Of a stretch of 64,000 nucleotides of DNA, positions 57,001-64,000 are shown in pieces. Both the position numbers and the translations under genes were made by a program. The stretch is from the human T2T-CHM13v2.0 reference genome, Homo sapiens, in NCBI RefSeq assembly GCF_009914755.1, contig NC_060939.1. One strand, 5' to 3'. Each line of letters opens with the position of its first letter. The stretch's first letter is position 1. Below the pieces are notes generated by a model, which was not told the DNA's origin, searched no databases, and was given only the letters and a program-made list of their open reading frames with translations.

Positions 57001-57457
57001 CCAGCCCTTAAGGAGAAGAGAGGGCTGGGAGGCCACACCCGCAGAGAAAAGGAGCCCACGGAAGAGGAAGGGAAAGAGGAGAGGTGGAGGCGGCAGCTCC
57101 TCTGAGAGCCGTCCATGCCCAGCAGTGGGGACAGAGCTGTGAGCAAATGATCCCTCCAAAGCAGCCCAGGGACAGCAAGAGCCTTGGGAGCACAGAGACC
57201 TTGAGAGAGGCTCGATCCCAGCAGCCCCAGCCCTGCCAAATGCCAACACATCCTTCAGAGATCTGCTCAAACTTCACAGCCTCAGGAAAGCCACGCTGTG
57301 CCTTCCAAGAGGGACACGGCTCCAATAACATACACTGTCCCAGCACACCTGCCCTCCCGACAGAGCACTGTTCTATTAACCCTGAACTACAGAGAATGAA
57401 GGAAATTACTCTCTTGGATGCCTGGGATCCCATCATTATCTATCCATGCAAGGTCCT

Positions 57458-57923
57458 TGTGGTAGGCAGAATAATGGCCCCCCAAATGTCTCCATGTCCA
57501 GGAACCTAGGAATGTATTAATTCATACAGCAAAACAGACTTTGCTGATGTGATTAAGTGAAGGATGGGAGATGATACTGGATTATCTGGGCGGGCCCAAG
57601 GTCATCATAAGGGTTCTTATAACGGGGAGGCCCGAGGCAGAGTCAGAGGGAGAGATGTGACAAAGCAGTACTGCTGGCTAGAGAGGGGAGGAAAGTGGTC
57701 ATCTGCCAAGAAATACAGGCAGTCTCTACAAGGAAAGGCAAAGACAAGGAAGCCAGTTTTTTCTCAGAGTCTCCAGAAGGAATCAGCCCTGCTGACAGCT
57801 GACCTTAGCCCAGTGAAACTGATTTTGCATTTCTGACCTCCAGCACTTGTCAGGTAATAAATTTGTGTTGTGTTAAGCCATTAATTTTGTGGAAATTTGT
57901 TATGACCGCAATAGGAAAATACA
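57458..57923 (+). mobile_element. MLT1D MaLR solo LTR
   Basis: tgtggtaggcagaataatggccccc ... gactttgctgatgtgattaag ... aataaatttgtgttgtgttaagcca...caataggaaaataca. Confidence 0.9.
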
Positions 57924-57999
57924 TCCCCGTCTTGTTTTGTTTTACTTTTTGCTTTTATCCCCCAAAGTAGTCTAATTCCCCTCCTCATTCAGTCCAAGC

Positions 58000-59260
58000 A
58001 TGAACCATGTTTAATTCCAATGTATTTAATACATTTCTTTAGATATCTAATATATGTTTTTAGAGACATGGGAAATATACAGTGCTGTTATGTGTATATG
58101 TTTTTAACTGACATAAATGTTATTGTGTATTAGCTCTTACACTTCCTTCCATTTTTCTCTCAAAGCTAAGTTTCCTGATTGACATTGGGTTGTGTCATCT
58201 TGTTGATTTGCGAGTTTCTTATGTCTTTTTTCAGATCTAGTCTGTTTTATTCATTTAAAGTGTTTTCTCCCAAGTTATCATTTACCTTTGCACATTGTGT
58301 TATTTATTGAACAAAAATGCTAGTTTTGATGTAGACAAATAATCACTTTTCTCTTTTAAAGTTTATACCCTTGGGGCCTTGCAAACAAAAGCATTCCCGC
58401 AGTCGCAGATATTCTTGGATTGTCTTACTATTCTTAGTATGTCTTCTATAAGTTTTTTAGATTTACCTTTTGCCTCCAGTTAGTATTTATCTTTGTTATA
58501 AAGTTTTACAATTTGATCCACAAATGTCTTGTTAATTTTACACTTTTCTAGATGACTTGTAAATTTGCTGCTATTTTGACTAGAAGTTTATTTTCTACTT
58601 TTCTAATTTACTGCTATTTTAGAGAAGTGCTAATGAATTACCTAGGTTGATCTTCTAACCAGCTCTCTTGAAGAACTATTTATCATAGCTCTATAAGTTG
58701 TGTGGGATTGTTAGTTTTTATTTGTAGATCATGATATTATCCACAGTTGATAGTTTTAGCTCCTCCATTACGACAGTTATATTACAATCCTCATTTCTTT
58801 TTCTTATTTTATTGCATTGGCCAGGCCCTCTAGTACTACACTGAATAATAATAGTCATTCCTGTCTTGTACCTAAACATAAGAAGAATGTATCTAAAATT
58901 TTAAACATTTTCTTAGGTATATTTACTGTAGGATTTTAGTAGAGAGCCATACTCAAGTTAAAGAAGTTCTTGTCTATTTTTAGTATCTGAGAGTTTTTAT
59001 CATAAAGCGATGTTGAACTTTTAAAATATTTTTTTTGTATCTGTTTAGATATCATGTGATTTTTCTCCCTTAGTTTATTAATGTGGTGAAATACACAGAT
59101 AGATTTTCTGATATTGGACCATTCTTAAATTCCTGAAATAAACCCTTCTTAGTCATGATTTGCTATTTTAAAAATAATTTACTCATATTTTATGAAGGGT
59201 TGTAACTAGGGTAATAAGTGAAATCATCTATACTTTTCTTATACTCTCCTTATAATGTTT
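58000..59260 (-). mobile_element. Old L1ME/L1M5 fragments
   Basis: T-rich antisense L1 (ttattgcattggccaggccctctagtactacactgaata; gtttattaatgtggtgaaatacacagatagattttctgatattg). Confidence 0.75.
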
Positions 59261-59423
59261 CTTGGGTCTTATAAAACATTCAGTTGTTACTGTGAAGAAA
59301 AATGGGAAAATTATTATCATTCTTCCAACTTCTTCCATTAAAATCAAACTGCCATCTGCTGCCCTCTTACCATGTCTTTCTCTGAGCATAGTACCTTTTT
59401 GTTTAAAGGTCAGATAATATATA

Positions 59424-60130
59424 TTTTTTTTTCTGGCAGCAGTTTTTTAATTTGAACACTTTCCTCTTAAGGACACGCCTTCAGTACAGTTAACAAATGG
59501 TTACATCTGAAATCTGCTGAGAGCAGAGCTCAAGATCCACAATTGCAAAGGCCACTGGCTCACACCCTCACAGATTGTATTACCTTTCAGAGCTGAGTGA
59601 GGCTGTGCTCTACATCCCAATACTTGTTACTGAGTGGACATGAGGTGCAAGTTTAGCACCTTAAAGGGAGAAAAAAAGAAATAGGTTAGTATGCAGAATG
59701 TGATTTTGTCCTCACTTCGCTTTAAGTCATCTTTTTATACTTGCCAATGTGAGTTCTGAAAGGTAGTACTACATCTACTTAGAAATGGCTGAGTGACTGT
59801 CAATTAAAAAGCCATGTTGTTGTTGTTTTTAAAAGATACTTTAAACAGTAATTGAGCTGAATACCTATGGTGCCAACCATGAAAAACTGCAGAGCTGAAG
59901 CACCAATGACATGAAAAGCCATGGACAGATTCCTACATGTACAACAACATCACAGCAACTACCAGGCCAACAGCAACTCACAAGGCTTCATTGATTATAA
60001 ACACACCCTCATTACAGAAATGTTCAATTGTGCTTCTTACAATTGAAATATGGTAATATAAGGAAGGTACCAAGTATTATCAAACAGAAATGAAATGCCA
60101 AATTGCACAATTCTGGTTATATATGCATAT
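59424..60130 (-). pseudogene. Processed pseudogene fragment (3' UTR only), resembling the HNRNPA3 long 3' UTR
   Basis: Sequence I cannot assign to a repeat family. On the minus strand it ends with ATTAAA (59451-59446), then 13 nt, then A9 (59432-59424). The minus-strand text gtggcctttgcaattgtggatcttgagctctgctctcagcagatttcag...gaaagtgttcaaattaaaaaa matches my recall of the HNRNPA3 3' UTR. The 5' boundary is approximate. Confidence 0.62.
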
Positions 60131-60261
60131 ACAGAGATGACCCTGGGTCTCCCTCCCCAACCCTCTGGGGGTCTAAGTGTTCTGAGAGAAGATGTGCTGG
60201 GCTGACCCACCTGTCCCCTCTGTCTTATATGACCAATGGCACATGCTTGAGAGCTGCTGTT

Positions 60262-60530
60262 CTAGGGTCAATCTGGCCAGGGTACAATAAGCCAATCTGG
60301 GGCCAGGGTTAGATGTCAGTCTGTGGTCAGGGAGTGGTTAGTTCACGGCACTGAGCTGTAGCCTTTGAGGATTGGGGTCAATATTCAAGTATGGTTCATG
60401 CTTGGAGTCAGTCTCTAGGAGGGGTAACTATAACTGGGTTTGTGGTCAGCCTGTGACTGAGGTTTGGAGCTGGTTTGTGCCTGGTTTTAGGGGTCTGTTT
60501 GTGGCCAGGGTTGAGGTCATTCCATAGCCA
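60262..60530 (+). repeat. Degenerate ~24-bp tandem repeat
   Basis: Units ccaatctggggccagggttagatg, tcagtctgtggtcagggagtggt, tcagcctgtgactgaggtttggag, ctggtttgtgcctggttttagggg, tctgtttgtggccagggttgagg. Confidence 0.6.
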
Positions 60531-60929
60531 AGATGAGCAGCTCTCACTACACTACACTGTGCAAGGAGCCCCATGCCTGATCCCTTTGGTCAAATGGCTT
60601 TTGTTCTGGGTGTCTTTACAGTATGTGCTCTGGACAGATCCGTCTTAGCACCCCAGGCCATGGCAAACCTTGGCACTGCCTCTCATACGGGCTCTACTTA
60701 GAGCTCTGGGGCTGCCTATCACTCTGCTTCCAACACAGCAAGGTAGCCCTGCTGGGAGTCAGCCCTGCCCAGCTCATCCAGAGCTAGACATCCCCTGCTC
60801 CCACCTACCTCCCTAGAGGCTGGCCGGGGGGCTAACCTAGGAAGGGAGGAGAGGCCACGGAGGAAAATGTGTCTGTTTAGGGCAAGTCTGAAGGTGCCCC
60901 AGGGTGCTACCCAGGGGCACTGCTATGTG

Positions 60930-61900
60930 GAGGCAAGGGTTCTGTGTTCGAGTCCTGCTTCTCCCTCCATAGAGTGGGCAAAGTCATTTGCTCTCTTCAA
61001 ACTTAGTTTTCTTGTTTATAAAATAGGAATCAGAATTTCTGTAAGAATGAAATGGGATAAAATGTTGAAATTTACTGTGAAAACTGTAAAGTGCTATTAC
61101 AGAGTGGGGGATGGTGATGATGTTGATGATGATGACAATGACTACAAAAGGTGATCATTGCAGGGCTCTTGATCTTACAAGGGAGTTGGAAAATGTCATT
61201 TCTACTGTGAACCCAGGAAGCAGAAATGGTATGGGGAACACATGGCCTTGCCCCAGTCATAGAAGATATCACGATGCCCATTTTACAGATGAGAATATGG
61301 AGTCTTAAAGACTGTATGATTTACCCAAGGTCGCATGACTCCTGCTTTAGGACTTGTGCTGTGACACTGGATGCCTCTGAGTGGAGTGTTTCTGATGGCT
61401 GCTTTATCCTTCCCTTCTCCAGAATGTTCTCCTGTTGTTCTCATCACACAGCACAATGATAACAATGGTAACAACAGCTGACTGAGTGCTTTTTATTGGC
61501 CATGCACTGTGCTGAGTTATTTAGACAAATCATTTCACTTCATCTTCATGACAGCCCTTAAAAGGGAACCTATTTAGGTCCTAAGGTCCCAGGAAAAATA
61601 TTACAGATGTGGAAACCAAGGCTGAGAGCGGGAGTGACTTGCCAGTAAGTGGCTGATCCCAGACCTCATCTCAGACTTTCCTGACTCTGAAGCCCACACT
61701 CACGGCACCATGTCACACTGAAACTTTGCCAGGTAGGAGTCAGACCACCTGACTTCTGGGCCTTACCTAGCCTGCCAGTGACATCTTTGTGTAACTTTGG
61801 GCTCATCAAGCATTCTCTTTTGTGGAAAATGAAAATGCCTACCAAGCCTACTTCCTGGGGTTAGTTGAGGAGCAAATGAATGGGAAAATGTGTAAAAAAA
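60930..61900. mobile_element. Cluster of four MIRs (about 60930-61110 +, 61200-61370 -, 61455-61720 -, 61740-61900 +)
   Basis: gggcaaagtcatttgctctcttcaaacttagttttc; gcccattttacagatgaga; gctgactgagtgctttttattggccatgcactgtgc; ctttgtgtaactttgggc. Confidence 0.72.
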
Positions 61901-62455
61901 AAAAAAAAAAGTCAAGTTGTTGCATAAATAGGAGGGACTTTTGATATCCTCCAAATGCTTTCCTTTTCTCCACTCATTTTTCCTGATTTCCTCACTCTTT
62001 ATCAGTAACAAAGTTAGGACAAAAGTGATGATTATTCTAAGGGGCACAAGCAGGGTCTGTCCCTTGGAAAGGCTTCTCCTCCCAGCCTCCTGCGGGTTTT
62101 TCCAGTTTTCAGGCTGTTTCCGACGACCCCAAGAAGACGGCCACTGTTTCCCCCCTGCAGTGATGGAAATAATTAGCTCCATTCTTCCTATTTGAATAGT
62201 CATGCCTAGCTGGCCTCTTAAATATGATCTTTGTGAGCAGTGCATTTTCAAACTCTCACAGGTTCTATTTTTACTTCTCTTGCTGAAGGAATGCTGTGGA
62301 AGGCGATTCCAGCACAAAGGGCCCTAATTAATTTCCCCTGCCTTTAAATATTTTTTCAAAGTATGTGTTTGAAAAGGACATTTAAAAAAAAATTCCGTGA
62401 CTCTGGAGGTGGATTCCAACAGTTCTCACTGCCTTCCACTTGGAAATCCACCTTC

Positions 62456-62476
62456 GCCTTGCCGCCTGGTGGCCCG
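62456..62476 (-). promoter_or_regulatory. Candidate CTCF motif
   Basis: Minus strand GGCCACCAGGCGGCAAG versus the CTCF core GGCCACCAGGGGGCGC, in non-repeat sequence. Confidence 0.45.
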
Positions 62477-64000
62477 GCTGGAGTGCTGTGTTCTGCAGCT
62501 GGGCAGTGCTTACTGCTCCTCCTCCAGACAAAAGGGACAGCCTCCTCCATCCAGTCTCTCAGGCCACAGACCAGCTTAAGTCCTAGAGTCTGAGGGCCCA
62601 GGGAGAGGAGGATGGTCGCTAAAGGCCTGGAGAGGTGAGGAGCAAATGGGGGTCTCTGAAGGCCAGAATTGTGAAAACACAGGACTGGGACCATTGGAAA
62701 AACCATTAGGCCAGATTCTTTTGCCTTGAATCCCCATTCCCAGAACGGCCTCCGAGCCAAACCATACATGCCTGATGGTGATTTATTATTAATCTGGTTG
62801 TCCTGACTGTGAAAGGATATTCCTCAAACTGCATGTACCCTCATAAGGCCAGGGAAGGGTCTGAGCCCAAAATCCCAGGGCAAGAGAAGTTTTTGCAATC
62901 TGGAACACAGGGCTGGGGGAAGGTAGTTTTATCCTTTGAGAGTAATTCTGGTTTTCAAGGTCCTCGTTGAAAAGTTGTTTTGAAAGAGCAAAGCCTTTTG
63001 AAAACACACAAGAAAAGCTTCTCCCATTTCTAGCTCTCAGCTGCCAGTGGATAGGCTCTGGCTTCCTGGAGCGAATCCTAAGCCTAGGCAGGAAAGCTTT
63101 CCAAGGCCTCCAAGATGTGGATTGAGGGCAGGCTCCTGCATCTGAGAGCCCTGTGCCTGAAATACCATCATGAGTGCTTTATGCTGTAGGATTCCAGGCA
63201 CCATCCCTGGTAAAATGCAAATCGTCTTGAGGCAGCACATGAAAGGCGTGGGTGGCAGCGATGAGGACCGAGCTCTTCCTTTCCTGCTTCCCTCTCCTTT
63301 CTTCTTCCCTCCCCTGTCCTCATTCCCTGCCTTCTGTCTTGCCCACTCCCACCCCATTTTCTGTTCCCTGCCCATTTCCATTTTCAGCCCTTCTACCTTC
63401 TCCCTACTCTCTTCTCTCCTCCTCCCTTTGGCTCTTTTCCCCCTTGCTCCCTGGGAAGCAGCATCCCGTTTCTGCCTTCCAAGGTGAGTCCAGTCAGCAG
63501 CACTGCACCCTTGCTGCCAGACTTGGGGCCTTCTGGGCATAGCTTTGGCTGTGACTGGAGAAACAGGCTTCGGGCTGATCTCTACCCTAGGGTCCCCAGG
63601 GGCTTCCTGGGAACCCTGTGATGCCCTCCCTTGCTCCTTTCTGATGGAGAGGGGGTGGGGGGCTGCTGAAGGAAAGAGGGTCCTTTTCTTGACAGCCATA
63701 AACACTGATGAGCAAGACCCAGAGCAAGTCATCTGCTCTTGGTCCCTCAGGCCCAAGGACTCCAGACCCCTGGTTCAGCACCCTGGAAGACCTCTAGTTT
63801 ATGAGGAGGAGCCTGGACCGGGTCTCTGCTCTCTAGACAGTGATTTCAGATAACGTGCCCCAGTTGCCTTGTTCCAGGCCCGAACCTGCACATACAGGAG
63901 CAAAGCAGAGTATGCACGGCCCAGGACTGCCTCACACTCAGGAGCCCCTGACCCAGATGCTCAGTCCTGCACATGTGCACAGGAGCCCTTGCGGGTGGCA

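Noticed and set aside
60420-60440. ggggtaactataac resembles a large-subunit rRNA or homing-endonuclease site
   Set aside because: The match is only about 12 nt, with no flanking rRNA homology
63037-63756. 239-aa minus-strand ORF
   Set aside because: Its G/R/K/E-rich middle comes from reading the purine strand of a CT-rich tract that has few stop codons. No recognisable protein family

Overview
This is primate, most likely human, intergenic or intronic DNA dominated by interspersed repeats. It contains old L1M fragments, L2, L3, many MIRs, about 18 Alu elements, DNA-transposon relics and about 14 solo LTRs (MaLR, ERVL and ERV1 classes). I can support no protein-coding gene: the listed ORFs are repeat-derived or low-complexity. 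I found no convincing new biological system. The most notable items are (1) a ~220-bp templated inverted duplication of an AluJ arm plus its flank, pasted into a Zaphod-like element; (2) a ~700-bp minus-strand processed-pseudogene fragment resembling the HNRNPA3 long 3' UTR, which keeps a canonical branch point and 3' splice site; (3) a 39-bp poly(A)-only insertion with a perfect 16-bp target-site duplication (TSD); (4) a three-level LTR nest (MER4B in MSTD in MLT2) with TSDs readable at all three levels; and (5) a degenerate 24-bp tandem array. Subfamily names come from my recall of consensus sequences, not from a database search. Boundaries without a stated TSD are approximate.
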